Below, piece after piece: positions 41,707-51,908 of a stretch of DNA of 64,000 nt. Origin of the DNA: an uncultured Elusimicrobia bacterium. GTDB taxonomy: Bacteria; Elusimicrobiota; Elusimicrobia; UBA1565; UBA9628. The stretch spans positions 1,660-65,659 of the forward strand of contig CAZURZ010000001.1 in NCBI GenBank assembly GCA_964623465.1. The letters are read 5' to 3'. The translations under genes and the position numbers were made by a program. Below the pieces are notes generated by a model that worked only from the letters and a program-made list of their open reading frames with translations, was not told the DNA's origin and ran no database searches. Within the stretch, counting starts at the first letter, position 1, and each line of letters begins with the position of its first letter.

Positions 41707-42099
41707 TCAGTAGTCGGTCGGCGGCGGGGCGGGAACGAGCTCGGGGCAGCGGGACATCATGTAAGACCCGGGATCCGCGCTCTCCACGGCCCGGGCCTGG
41801 GCGAGCAAGGCCTCGTTGAGGGAGCGCACGACGGCCTCGCCGGAACTCGTTCCGTCGGCGGCCTGGAAGGAACAGGTCCGGGCGTCGAAGACGAAGCGCC
41901 CTTGCGCGCCGCTCACGCCGCCCGCCAGCACGGCCCGTCCCTTCTCGAACCGGCCGCCCATGGAGCGATGGCAGGAGACCTGGGCCTCATACGGCCCCGC
42001 GGGCTCGGCGGCGCGGCCCTGGGCTTTCTTCGCGACCTGGGCCGGAGCCGACGGCGACAGGATCGAGACGAGTACGGCGGCGGCGATGAACCGGATCAT
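41707..42099 (-). CDS. hypothetical small secreted protein
   Basis: ATG preceded by a GGAGGAG ribosome-binding site; signal peptide. Confidence 0.5.
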   Translation of the reverse strand: MIRFIAAAVLVSILSPSAPAQVAKKAQGRAAEPAGPYEAQVSCHRSMGGRFEKGRAVLAGGVSGAQGRFVFDARTCSFQAADGTSSGEAVVRSLNEALLAQARAVESADPGSYMMSRCPELVPAPPPTDY

Positions 42100-42250
42100 G
42101 GACTCCTCCTCGCGTCGAGCGGCGATCACAGTATGCGCGGGACGCGCGGGCGCGTCATGAGGCGAGGGACCCAGCCGGCCCTGGGTCCAAGGTCCGAACA
42201 GAAGCGGGCCGCCGCGTTCCGCGCGGCGGCCCGCTCGTCCGATCCGTCCG

Positions 42251-44890
42251 TCAGGCGCCCTTCGAGACCTTCTCGAGGGTGAGCCAGCGGTTGGTGCCCG
42301 CGAACTTCTGATGCATGCGGGTGCGCGGCTCGGCCGGCTGGGCGACTTCGGTGAGCTGCAGGTCCGCCAGCGCGTCGATGCCCCGCTCGCGGAAGCCCTT
42401 CAGCGAGTTCTCCAGCGCCATGCCCATCGTGCGGAAGGCGAGCAGGGTCGAGAACTGCAGGGTGAAGCCGAGCTTGCCGAGGGTCTCGTTGGTGATCAGC
42501 GTGTTGTTCTGCTTGGCCTTGCCCCAGTGCAGGGAGGGCGAGAGATTGAAGCCGAGCATCTGATTCGGGTAGTGCTTGTGCACGCCCTCGGCGAACCGCT
42601 GCGGGCCCTCGAGATCGGTGTTGTTGAACTCCGGCCAGATCACGTCGACGCCGAGCGAGGCCGCCTCGAGCGCGCGGTCGATCGCGTGCTGGACCGAGCC
42701 GCCGCGGCCGCCCGGCACCGCGCCGTCGACGGCGTCCGTGCGCGCGATGATGACGAGGTTGGTCTCCGAGGCCTGCGCGGCCGCCTTCACCGCGATCAGC
42801 TTCTCGATCCACTTGTTGGTGGGCACGAGGACCTTCTCGCGCTTCACGCCGTGGTGCGCGACGATGTGGCCGCAGGTGCGCTCCGCCGGGTCCTGGTCCT
42901 CGAGGTGCACGCCGGCGACGCCGGCGCGGATCAGCTCCCGGGTCAACGTGAAGGTCTGAGTCGGGCCGCCGAAGCCGGCCTCGATGTCGGCGAAGATCGG
43001 CGGGGTGTTGAGAACCTTTCCGCCGTCGTCGTAGAAGTGACGGTCGCGCGTCCCCTCGATCCCGCGCACCAGCTCGCGGACGAGGTCGACCATCATGTGC
43101 GAGGGATAGATCCCGATGTCGGGATACATGTTGTGCGCGACGGCGAGCTGCCAGCCGGACGCGTAGATCGCCTCGAAGCCGAGATCGGTCAGGAGCGAAG
43201 CCGTCATCGCGTCGTAGGAGCCCGCGGTGTGGAGGAAGGAATTTTTCGGATCGCTCAAGCGGTTCGCGAACTTCGCCTTGAGCAGGGAGCGCAGCTTGTC
43301 CGACGGATGGGTCTTCTCGTGGGGCGCGTACATCTTCGCGAACTCGGCGGCGGGGTACTTCCAGGCCTTGATGCCCTCGGGGAGAGGGGCGGCGGCTTCC
43401 TTGATCATCTGCTGGCTCCATGCGCTCGCGCGTCTGTATTTATCCGCCGTGGCGGACTCCGGACCGTTTGCGGCCAAGATTTTTCCGGTCTCTTCCTCGA
43501 ACCAGCGCGCCACGTCGGCGGCGGCGTGCACGCCGTGGCGGACGCGCTGGGCGATCATCAGGCGGTAGATGCGGTCGGTCGCCAGGTCCTCCATGAAGTT
43601 GCCGATCAGGGCGCCGTCGGCGTCGTAGCCCTTGATCATGCGCGCGCCGAGGCCGGAGAGCACCCCGAAACGGTACTCGACGCAGGTCCGGATCGCGTCG
43701 CGCGTCCCCGCCTCGGTGACGGCGCCCAGCCCCATCGGGGACGGCGTCAAGTCCGGCTTGAGGAAGCCGGGGTGGCGGACGCCGAGCTGATTGGGAGCGG
43801 GAAACTGCGAGATCGCGCCCGCGTGCTGGTCGGGATGGCCGGTCCAGGCGCCGTCGAAGCCCAGCGCGGCCTCGTTCTTCTTGTCGGCCGCGAGCTTCTC
43901 CATCGCGCGCGCGTTCACGGCCGCGTCGGTTCTGTCCGGAAAAAGCGCCGTCATGCCGCCGATCGCCAGAGCGCCGCGCTTGTGGCAGCACTCGACGAGG
44001 CGGCGGCGCAGGTTCTGAAAGAAGGGCACGTCGTGAGGGATCGTGTTCCGGTCGGGCAGTATCCAGCCCGGATCGGCGAGCTTGAAATGAAGCAGGCTCG
44101 CCATGTAGTCCCAGCGTCCGAGATTGAGGCCGATCACGTGCCGCCGCGCGGCGAACAGGATCTCCTCGATCTGATAGGCCGCCGGCAGGGACTCGATCAG
44201 AAACATGACCTTGGTCGTGCCGGGAGGGATGCCGATCGACTCCTCCATCGAGGTCAAAACCTCCGACCACCAGGCGGCCTCCTCGTGGGACTCGGTCTTC
44301 GGGATGTAAAAACAGAGCTTGGCGCGGAGCGCCTCGTCCTTCACGGAAGCGCGGCGCAGGTCGGCGGCGCCGTGGAAGACGGCGGCCAGGTCGAACAGGG
44401 CGCCGGAGACCGTCTCGCCGGGAATCGCGTTCGTCTCGTCGAGGTGCAGGCCTCGCGGGCGATAGAGCATGACCTGCTTCGAGGGCTTGATCTTCGCGGT
44501 CTTTCGCGCGGCGTCGGTGAACGAGAGCTCGCCCTTGATCGCCGCGATCACGTTGCGGTGCCCGGCGCCGACGTTCGTCCAATCGGTCGTGATCGAGTCC
44601 TCGCCGTCGGGCATGCAGCCCGGATCGGCCGTGTTCGTCATCGCGACGAGGAGCTTGGCGTTGTCGGCCGGGCCGGTGATCTGATTGCGCTGATCCGCGG
44701 CCCAGGCGGGCACGGAGACCGACCAGCTTCCCTCGGTCGCCTCGGAGGGCGGAAGATAGCCGGGCGGGCGTCCCTCGTGAGCGGCGGCCAGGGCCCGACG
44801 GCGGGCTTCGACGAGGACGCGGCGGCGGGGCTCGAACGCGCGATGCAGCGGGAGGAAGAACTCGAGCAGCTCTTTCGTGGGCGCGTCCAC
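42251..44890 (-). CDS. bifunctional glyoxylate-cycle enzyme: malate synthase A (N-terminal) fused to isocitrate lyase (C-terminal)
   Basis: Single 879-aa ORF; N-terminal half carries MS-A motifs (LNLGRWDYMAS, GFDGAWTGHPD); C-terminal half carries ICL/PEP-mutase motifs (FEAIYASGWQ, GVHLEDQ, RTCGH, IIARTDA). Confidence 0.8.
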   Translation of the reverse strand: MDAPTKELLEFFLPLHRAFEPRRRVLVEARRRALAAAHEGRPPGYLPPSEATEGSWSVSVPAWAADQRNQITGPADNAKLLVAMTNTADPGCMPDGEDSITTDWTNVGAGHRNVIAAIKGELSFTDAARKTAKIKPSKQVMLYRPRGLHLDETNAIPGETVSGALFDLAAVFHGAADLRRASVKDEALRAKLCFYIPKTESHEEAAWWSEVLTSMEESIGIPPGTTKVMFLIESLPAAYQIEEILFAARRHVIGLNLGRWDYMASLLHFKLADPGWILPDRNTIPHDVPFFQNLRRRLVECCHKRGALAIGGMTALFPDRTDAAVNARAMEKLAADKKNEAALGFDGAWTGHPDQHAGAISQFPAPNQLGVRHPGFLKPDLTPSPMGLGAVTEAGTRDAIRTCVEYRFGVLSGLGARMIKGYDADGALIGNFMEDLATDRIYRLMIAQRVRHGVHAAADVARWFEEETGKILAANGPESATADKYRRASAWSQQMIKEAAAPLPEGIKAWKYPAAEFAKMYAPHEKTHPSDKLRSLLKAKFANRLSDPKNSFLHTAGSYDAMTASLLTDLGFEAIYASGWQLAVAHNMYPDIGIYPSHMMVDLVRELVRGIEGTRDRHFYDDGGKVLNTPPIFADIEAGFGGPTQTFTLTRELIRAGVAGVHLEDQDPAERTCGHIVAHHGVKREKVLVPTNKWIEKLIAVKAAAQASETNLVIIARTDAVDGAVPGGRGGSVQHAIDRALEAASLGVDVIWPEFNNTDLEGPQRFAEGVHKHYPNQMLGFNLSPSLHWGKAKQNNTLITNETLGKLGFTLQFSTLLAFRTMGMALENSLKGFRERGIDALADLQLTEVAQPAEPRTRMHQKFAGTNRWLTLEKVSKGA

Positions 44891-45029
44891 GCGCCTACCT
44901 TAAGAAACATCGCGGCGGGCGTCAATGACCAATGAACGCGAATCGCGGACGATTTTTTCGCCCCCCCCCTTGCGATTCCCGAAAAGTCCGGTTACACTCC
45001 TAACCCACTCTCGAACGGAGGTTTACCGC

Positions 45030-45308
45030 ATGAGAAAGAAGACCGCCCGCGCGGCCGCCAAGGCCGCCCCCGCTCCCCGCAAGAAGGCCCCCGTCCGCCG
45101 CTCGCTCGTGCTCAAGCCCGAGTCGATCTCGGCCGACGAGGTCGTGCAGATCGAATCCGTCGTGAAGCGCTTCGAGGAGAGCGAGAAAGCCTGGCAGCGG
45201 ATGACCGCCGCGCCGGACGAGGACGACAAGTGGTCCTCGGTCGAGGAGCATCTTCTCGCGCGCCGCGACGGGGACGCCGAAAGACGCTGGAAATTCTTTT
45301 CGAAATAG
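45030..45308 (+). CDS. small hypothetical basic protein
   Basis: GGAGG ribosome-binding site 8 nt upstream of the ATG; divergent from the MS-ICL gene. Confidence 0.4.
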   Translation: MRKKTARAAAKAAPAPRKKAPVRRSLVLKPESISADEVVQIESVVKRFEESEKAWQRMTAAPDEDDKWSSVEEHLLARRDGDAERRWKFFSK

Positions 45309-45327
45309 GCCGCCTCGCCCCGAGAAC

Positions 45328-45365
45328 CCGCCCCCCGGCTTCCGCCGGGGGGCGGACCCTTTTTA
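45328..45365 (+). terminator. intrinsic terminator
   Basis: 11-bp GC stem CCGCCCCCCGG/CCGGGGGGCGG followed by CCCTTTTTAT. Confidence 0.6.
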
Positions 45366-45378
45366 TCTATAATCGTCG

Positions 45379-46818
45379 ATGATGAAAGAGTCGAAGCGCA
45401 CGAACGCCCTGATCGCCGTCGCCCTGGCGATGATCGCGGCGGCGTTCGGAATCTACTCGTTGATCATGATGAGCTGGCTGCGCGCCCCGTCGCGCGGCTC
45501 CGCCGCCGGATCGGCCTCGTCCCGCCTCGAGGCGGAGCAGAACCTCGCGGCCGCGCGCCGGGAGTACCGCGAACGCCTGCTCGACCCCCGCTCGCACATG
45601 CGGCTGTCCAACGCCTTGTGGAAGGCGGGACGGCCCGTGGACTCGTTCTACGTCCTCTACGCCGCCCGCCAACTCTTCGCCGAGGACGCGTTTCAACGCG
45701 CCCACGCCGAGGTCGTCCTGGGAGCAGGCGGCCCGCCGGCCGAGGCGCGCAAGCGTCTCGATTCCCTGCGCGACGCGACGGCGGCCGTTCCGCTCCACGC
45801 CGAAATCGCCCGAGAGCACCCGGACTCCCCGGAAGGCCGCATGTCGCTCGACGCGCTGTCGCGGCTCGCGGCCGGAGACGAGAACGCCGCCGGGGGCGAG
45901 TCCGCGCGGCTGGCGCGGACGGCGCTCGACGAGCTTCACCAGGACGATCCGAAGCATCCGGGCAAGCTCGGCGCGCTCGGCATGGCCCTGTTCGCGCGCG
46001 GAGACTACGCGCTCGCGCACGCCGTCGCCTCCGAAGCGCTCGCGAAGAATCCCGAGCATCCGGGCGCCGCCCAGATCATGGGCGCGCTGGCCCTCCAGCA
46101 AAAGGACATGGACGGAGCCATGCGCTGGCTGTCGGCGTCCTGGGACCGCAACCCCGACGATCTCTACAGCGCCTCCAAGCTCGCGCAGATCTACGACAAG
46201 CGCCGCTCCGATCCGGAAAGCGCTCTTCCCTTTTATCTCGCCCTCTACCGTCAGAATCCCGGGTTCGCCGACGCCGGCGAGCCCGTGGAGCGGCGCATCC
46301 GGGAGACGCTCGACGCGCGGCGCGAATCCCTCCTCAAGCACGCTCCGGTCGAGGGGCTCGGAACCCGCTTCGCGCTCGACGACGCGTCCTTGCGCGCCGA
46401 AGCCTGTCTGCGCGCCGCCGCCTTCAAGGATCCTCGCTGGGTGGAGCGCCTGGGCGAGCTCCTCGACGACGACGCGGAGATCGTGCGCCGCAACGCCGAC
46501 TACGCGCTCTTCGAGATCGGCAAAGCCGACCGCGAGGCCCTGCGCGCGCGGCGCGACGCCTGGCTGGCCAGCGAGAAGCCTCTCGTGCGCATCCGCGCGT
46601 TGAACCTCTTCGCCGACCTCGACGGCAAGACCGTGCTCCCCGCCTTGGCCGCCTCCCTGCGCGATCCGAACCCCGCCGTGCGCGCGTTCGCCAAGATCAT
46701 GGTCCTCGACCACTATTTTTCGGGAGTTCCCGAGGCGACCAAGCTGCGCGCCCGCTACCTCGCCGAGGAAAAGGATCCCGCGGCCCTGTCTCTGCTCGCC
46801 CGTTTTCCGGCGAAATGA
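45379..46818 (+). CDS. TPR/HEAT-repeat protein with an N-terminal membrane anchor
   Basis: 479 aa; TM helix then TPR-like and HEAT-like repeats; a TATAAT element 5 nt upstream of the ATG. Confidence 0.55.
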   Translation: MMKESKRTNALIAVALAMIAAAFGIYSLIMMSWLRAPSRGSAAGSASSRLEAEQNLAAARREYRERLLDPRSHMRLSNALWKAGRPVDSFYVLYAARQLFAEDAFQRAHAEVVLGAGGPPAEARKRLDSLRDATAAVPLHAEIAREHPDSPEGRMSLDALSRLAAGDENAAGGESARLARTALDELHQDDPKHPGKLGALGMALFARGDYALAHAVASEALAKNPEHPGAAQIMGALALQQKDMDGAMRWLSASWDRNPDDLYSASKLAQIYDKRRSDPESALPFYLALYRQNPGFADAGEPVERRIRETLDARRESLLKHAPVEGLGTRFALDDASLRAEACLRAAAFKDPRWVERLGELLDDDAEIVRRNADYALFEIGKADREALRARRDAWLASEKPLVRIRALNLFADLDGKTVLPALAASLRDPNPAVRAFAKIMVLDHYFSGVPEATKLRARYLAEEKDPAALSLLARFPAK

Positions 46819-47606
46819 ACTTCGTCGACACGCACGCCCATCTGGGCGACCCTCAGTTCGACGCCGACCGCGACGCCGTCTTCGCGCGCGCCGAGGCCGC
46901 CGGGATCCGCCGCGTCGTCGAGATCGCCGACCACCCGGACGAGTGGGACCGCGCGATCGCGATCGCCCGCGCGCGGCCGAAGACGGTCCGCTGCACGCTC
47001 GGCCTGCACCCGTACTACGCCGATCTCTACGACGGGAAGTTCCTGCCGAAACTCCGCGCGGCTCTCGACGCCGCTCCGGAGGCGGTCGGAATCGGCGAGA
47101 TCGGGCTCGACTACGCGAAGGCGGAAGTTCCCCGCGACGTCCAAAGACAAGCGTTCGCCGCCGTCGCCGCCGCGGGACGCGACTGGGGCGTTCCCCTCGT
47201 GATCCACTGCCGCGACGCCTACTCCGACCTCGTGCCGATGCTGCGCGAGCTGTTCCCCGCCGCTCCGCCGGCCGGCAAGCCGTGGGGCGTGATCCACTGC
47301 TTCACCGGAACGCCGGAGGAGGCGCAAGCCTGCGCCGGTCTGGGCTTCCTGCTCGGCGCCGACGGGCCGGTCACTTATAAGAAGAACGACGCCCTGCGCG
47401 AGGCCTTCCGCCGGACCGGTCCCGAGGCGGCCGTTCTCGAGACCGACGCGCCCTACCTTCCGCCCCAGTCCTCGCGCGGCAAGCGCAACGAACCCGTCGC
47501 GATCGTCGAAATCGCCGCGAAGCTGGCCGAGATCTGGGGCGTCTCCCTCGACGAGGCCGCGCGCCGGACCAGCGCCAACGCCGCCGCCCTGTACCGCTGG
47601 CCGTGA
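46815..47606 (+). CDS. tatD: TatD-family metal-dependent hydrolase
   Basis: 263 aa; FVDTHAHL...GEIGLDY...IHCRDA motifs typical of TatD. Confidence 0.85.
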   Translation: MNFVDTHAHLGDPQFDADRDAVFARAEAAGIRRVVEIADHPDEWDRAIAIARARPKTVRCTLGLHPYYADLYDGKFLPKLRAALDAAPEAVGIGEIGLDYAKAEVPRDVQRQAFAAVAAAGRDWGVPLVIHCRDAYSDLVPMLRELFPAAPPAGKPWGVIHCFTGTPEEAQACAGLGFLLGADGPVTYKKNDALREAFRRTGPEAAVLETDAPYLPPQSSRGKRNEPVAIVEIAAKLAEIWGVSLDEAARRTSANAAALYRWP

Positions 47607-48184
47607 TCCGGGACCTCGCCGACGGCGAATTCGCCGAGGCCGGCGCTCTGGCCGCCGCCGCGTTCCGCGAGGATCCCGGTTTCTCCTATATATTGCCGGA
47701 CGACGCCGTCCGGCGCTGGCGCCTTCCGTCGTTGCTCGAGGCTTTGCTGCGCGTCGACGCCGCCGCCGGCGGCTCGGTGCGCGGCGCGTTCGAAGGAGGC
47801 GCTCTCGTGGGCGTCGCCGCGTCCCTGCGTCCCGGACTGCGGAGTCCCGACCTCGTCGCCTGGATACGCCACGTTCCCGCCCTCGGCTGGCTCCTGCTCG
47901 AACCCGCCGCCCTGCTGCGCGCCCTGGCTTTGCTGCGGGCGATCGAAGGCCTGCGCCCGGCCGAGGCGGGCTACCTGCACGTGCTCGCCGTGCACCCCGC
48001 GACGCAAGGCCGCGGAATCGGGGCCGCGCTGCTGCGCGACGCGCTCGAGGGAGCGGGCGGCGAGCTCTGCCTGGAAACCTTCACCCGCGACAACGTGGCG
48101 TGGTATGAGAAGAAGGGCTTCAAGAACCGCGGCGAGGTCGTCCACGCCTCGCGGCCGCCGTTCTGGACGCTGCGGCGCGGCTAG
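47603..48184 (+). CDS. GNAT-family N-acetyltransferase
   Basis: 193 aa; acetyl-CoA binding motif QGRGIGAALL. Confidence 0.6.
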   Translation: MIRDLADGEFAEAGALAAAAFREDPGFSYILPDDAVRRWRLPSLLEALLRVDAAAGGSVRGAFEGGALVGVAASLRPGLRSPDLVAWIRHVPALGWLLLEPAALLRALALLRAIEGLRPAEAGYLHVLAVHPATQGRGIGAALLRDALEGAGGELCLETFTRDNVAWYEKKGFKNRGEVVHASRPPFWTLRRG

Positions 48185-49617
48185 ACGTTCGAGATGAAGA
48201 CGTTCTTGGTCTCGGAATACAGGTCCAACGCCTTCATGCCGAGCTCGCGCCCGAGGCCCGACGACTTGAAGCCGCCGAAAGGCCCCTCCAGGTGCACGCT
48301 CGAGCTCGAGTTCACCGATATCACGCCGCTCTGCACGGCGCGCGTCACGCGCACGACGCGCCCCACGTCGCGGGTCCACAGGGAGGCGGACAAGCCGTAG
48401 GCCGAGTCGTTGGCCAGCGCGATCGCCTCGGCCTCGTCCTTGAAGGGGATCACGGCCGTCACCGGCCCGAAGATCTCCTCCCTCACGATGCGCATCTCGG
48501 CGTCGGCGTGGGCGAAGACGGCCGGAGTCAGGTAGTGCCCCTTGGGCGGAACGCCCTTGGGCCTGACGCCGCCGCACATCAGCTTCGCGCCTTCCGCCTT
48601 GCCGGCGGCGACGTAGGAGGAAATCCGATCGCACTGCCGCCGGGAAATAATAGGACCGATCTGGGTGCCTTTCTTTTCCGGATGGCCGACGACGAATTTC
48701 TTGGCCCTTGCGACAAAACGGTCCAGGAACTTATCGTGAACCTTGGCATGGACCAGTATTCTCGAGCGGGCGCAGCAGTCCTGCCCCGCGTTGTAGAAGA
48801 CCGACCAGGCGGACTTTTCCACGCACGCATCGAGATCCGCGTCTTCGAAGATGATGTTCGGAGACTTTCCGCCGAGTTCGAGCGAGACGCGCTTGATGCC
48901 GCGGGCCGCGGCGCTCATGATCCCGGTTCCCGTCGCCGTAGAGCCGGTGAAGGCGATCTTGCGCACGAGCGGGTGCTCGACGAGAGCCGAGCCGCAGCCC
49001 GGTCCGGGGCCGGGGACCACGTTGAGGACGCCCTCGGGCAGGCCCGCTTCGGCGGCCAGGGCGGCCAAGGCGAGAGCGGTGAGCGGCGTCTCGGGGGAAG
49101 GCTTGAGCACGACGGTATTGCCGCAGGCCAGCGAGGGGCCGAGCTTCCAGGCGGCGATGACGAGAGGGAAATTCCAGGGGATGATCAGGGCGCAGATGCC
49201 GACGGGCTCACGCGTGGTGAAGTCGAGGCCGGCGGCGGCGACGGGGATGGTCTCGCCGAAGTGCTTGTTGGCCGCTCCGCCGTAGTACTCGAACACGTCG
49301 GCGGCCAGGCCGATCTCGTCCTTGGCGTCCCCGAGCGGCTTGCCCGCGGTGCGGCACTCGAGCAGGGCTAGGGAGTCCAGGTCGCGGCGGATGAGAGCGG
49401 CGATTCTGAGGAGGACCTTTCCCCTCTCCCGGGCCGGCATGGCGGGCCATGGCCCGCGCCCGGCGCGCTCCGCGGCCGCGACCGCGCGATCGATGTCGGC
49501 TGAGCCGCCTTCCGACACGCGGGCAACGCGGGAACCGTCCGCGGGATTATGGACGTCGTAAACTTGGCCGGACTTGGACGGAACGAATTTCCCGTCGATG
49601 AACAGCTGTGTCCTCAT
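48181..49617 (-). CDS. NAD(P)-dependent aldehyde dehydrogenase
   Basis: 478 aa; ALDH motifs ELGGKSP and FYNAGQDCCA (catalytic Cys). Confidence 0.9.
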   Translation of the reverse strand: MRTQLFIDGKFVPSKSGQVYDVHNPADGSRVARVSEGGSADIDRAVAAAERAGRGPWPAMPARERGKVLLRIAALIRRDLDSLALLECRTAGKPLGDAKDEIGLAADVFEYYGGAANKHFGETIPVAAAGLDFTTREPVGICALIIPWNFPLVIAAWKLGPSLACGNTVVLKPSPETPLTALALAALAAEAGLPEGVLNVVPGPGPGCGSALVEHPLVRKIAFTGSTATGTGIMSAAARGIKRVSLELGGKSPNIIFEDADLDACVEKSAWSVFYNAGQDCCARSRILVHAKVHDKFLDRFVARAKKFVVGHPEKKGTQIGPIISRRQCDRISSYVAAGKAEGAKLMCGGVRPKGVPPKGHYLTPAVFAHADAEMRIVREEIFGPVTAVIPFKDEAEAIALANDSAYGLSASLWTRDVGRVVRVTRAVQSGVISVNSSSSVHLEGPFGGFKSSGLGRELGMKALDLYSETKNVFISNV

Positions 49618-49620
49618 GGA

Positions 49621-50394
49621 CTAGAAGTAATTTGACGTGATGCCGCCGTCGACGACCATCGCGAGGCCGTTCGTCCAGCGCGACTCGTCGGAAGCGAGGT
49701 ACAGCGCCGCGTTGACGATGTCCTCGGAGCGGCCGAAGCGGCCCATCGGGATGCGGTTGAGGCGCTTGGCCTTCTCCGCCGGCTCCTTGAGCAGCCAGGC
49801 GGTGAGCAGCGGCGTCTCGATCGGGCCCGGGCAGATCGCGTTCGAGCGGATTCCTTTCGGGCCGTACTGGACCGCGAGCGACTTGGTCAGCGCGATGACC
49901 GCGCCCTTGGAGGCGGTGTAGGCGTCCTGCGGCACCGTGCAGCCGACGAGGGCCACGAAGGACGCCACGTTGATCACCGAGCCGCCGCCCGCGGCGAGCA
50001 GTTCCGGGATGCCGTACTTGCAGACGAAGGCGATCCCCTTCACGTTGACCGCGTACACCAGATCCCAGACCTTCTCCTCGGTGTCGATCACCGAGTGGTC
50101 GTCGTTGGGGAAGATGCCCGCGTTGTTGTAGATCACGTCGAGCTTGCCGAAAGCCTTCACGGCGGTCTGCACGCCCGCCTTGACCTCGGCTTCCTTCGCG
50201 ACGTTCATCGCGATCGCGACGGCCTTGCCGCCGGCGGCGGCCGCCAGATCGACGGCCTTCTGCGCCGCGGCGAGGTTCACGTCGCAGGCGACGACCTTGG
50301 CGCCTTCCTTGGCGAAGCGGATTGTCGCCTCCAGGCCCATGCCCGAGCCGGCGCCGGTGATGAGGCAGGCCTTCCCGTCGAGGCGGCCGCTCAA
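49621..50394 (-). CDS. SDR-family short-chain dehydrogenase/reductase
   Basis: 257 aa; TGAGSGMG cofactor motif and the YxxxK catalytic region. Confidence 0.85.
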   Translation of the reverse strand: MSGRLDGKACLITGAGSGMGLEATIRFAKEGAKVVACDVNLAAAQKAVDLAAAAGGKAVAIAMNVAKEAEVKAGVQTAVKAFGKLDVIYNNAGIFPNDDHSVIDTEEKVWDLVYAVNVKGIAFVCKYGIPELLAAGGGSVINVASFVALVGCTVPQDAYTASKGAVIALTKSLAVQYGPKGIRSNAICPGPIETPLLTAWLLKEPAEKAKRLNRIPMGRFGRSEDIVNAALYLASDESRWTNGLAMVVDGGITSNYF

Positions 50395-50693
50395 GAGACG
50401 ATGAGGAAGCCGGCCTTCTTCACGGCCTCGGCCAGGCGCGTCTTGCCGAGGTCGGTGTCGAGACCGCGGTCGGTGGTGACCGTCAGGTTGCGCACGACGC
50501 GGCCGCGGCCGCGCAGCTTGCCGACGAGAGTCTGGATGTCCTTCGCGGCCAGCCGGACGTTCGTGACGCCTTCCTTGTCGAACCAGCGGATGGCGAGCGA
50601 ACCGGACTTGCGGCTGGGCAGCAGCTTGAGCGTCAGCGAGGTCTCGGTGACGAAAAGATCACCGACCTCTTCCTGCGAGTTCTTATCGGACAT
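50391..50693 (-). CDS. small hypothetical protein (SUI1/YciH-like?)
   Basis: 100 aa; ATGA-coupled to the SDR gene; weak resemblance to the SUI1 fold pattern only. Confidence 0.4.
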   Translation of the reverse strand: MSDKNSQEEVGDLFVTETSLTLKLLPSRKSGSLAIRWFDKEGVTNVRLAAKDIQTLVGKLRGRGRVVRNLTVTTDRGLDTDLGKTRLAEAVKKAGFLIVS

Positions 50694-50746
50694 GGGCTTC
50701 TCCTGCTCGGCGAGGCAGTGAATCTACGATTCTTATCCGGCGCGCG

Positions 50747-51838
50747 TCAACGGGCCAGGACCGGCTGGACCGGCCAGCCGTACTCCAGCGCGCGGGCCTC
50801 GAGGGCCTTGTCCCCGGACAGCGCGATCCGCGTCCCGGAGCCGTACATCATCAAATCGACGTCGGCGGCGTCCCGCGCGATCACGAGATCCGGCGGACGT
50901 CCGACCGAGGCTTTGACGATCTCGGCCTTGCCGCCGCGCGTGGGCACGGGCTTGAGAACCGCCCCGGAGTAGCGCGTCCCGTCGAGCGAGGAGCGGATCC
51001 CCTGGACGCGGGTGCCGTCGATCCCGTAATCGACGACCGCCGCCGCCAGCACCGGCTGCGGCACGTCGTCGACGACCCAGACGTCGACGCCGGAGGCGCG
51101 CAGCTTCTGCACGAGGTCGCGCATCTCGGGGATCAGGCGCAGGCCGCGGCGGACCTTGAGCGGGGCCGCGTCGCCCTCCTCCTCCGTCACGATTTCGAGC
51201 CCGGCGGGGCGGGATTTCTCGAGCGCGAGGGCCTCGCGCGCGTAGTCCTCGGCCTCGGCCTCCTTCCAGCCGGCCCACAGGCGCATCAGATACTGGCGGC
51301 ATTCGCGCCGCCCCACCTCCCGGCACAAGCCGGCGTAGCTCGAGAGGACGCTCTTGCGGTAGCGGTGATAGCCGGGCTGCAGGCGCCACGTCGAGCTCGC
51401 GATCGCGATGAACGAGTTGTACGCGGAGCGGGCCGGCTGGCGCCCGCGGCCGACCGGGATGAGCTCCCACCACTCGTCCTCGTGCTTGAAGTCGACGTCC
51501 GTCGCCAGCTTGAGGAAGACGAGTTCGGCGGGATCGCCGCTCACGAGAGCGTCGCTCCACGGCAGGACGGCCACCGGAGGCCGGGACGCGTCGTAGCCGG
51601 GGGCCGACGAGCCGCGCTCGGCGATGAAGCGGTCGAGCGCGCCGCGGACCTCGGGCGTCCAGCGTCCGCCCATCAGCCGCGCCGGACCCTTGGCGGCGGC
51701 GGTCGACTCTTCGACCGCGGCGGGAGCGGGCTTGGGCTTCAGCCGGAAGTTCTTCGGCTTGCGCGCGGCGGCGGGCAGCGCCAGCGCGAAGATCGCGGCG
51801 CCGAAAAAAATAATTTTTCCGAGAGAATTCATCGTCAT
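50747..51838 (-). CDS. hypothetical secreted protein (HAD-like C-terminal region?)
   Basis: Signal peptide; DVWVVDD motif suggests a HAD-like fold; function uncertain. Confidence 0.45.
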   Translation of the reverse strand: MTMNSLGKIIFFGAAIFALALPAAARKPKNFRLKPKPAPAAVEESTAAAKGPARLMGGRWTPEVRGALDRFIAERGSSAPGYDASRPPVAVLPWSDALVSGDPAELVFLKLATDVDFKHEDEWWELIPVGRGRQPARSAYNSFIAIASSTWRLQPGYHRYRKSVLSSYAGLCREVGRRECRQYLMRLWAGWKEAEAEDYAREALALEKSRPAGLEIVTEEEGDAAPLKVRRGLRLIPEMRDLVQKLRASGVDVWVVDDVPQPVLAAAVVDYGIDGTRVQGIRSSLDGTRYSGAVLKPVPTRGGKAEIVKASVGRPPDLVIARDAADVDLMMYGSGTRIALSGDKALEARALEYGWPVQPVLAR

Positions 51839-51908
51839 CCTCGTCGGGCAATGTTATAAAATATCGGCACGACGAAATCTCCCGAACGGGACAATGATCA
51901 AGGGTAAA

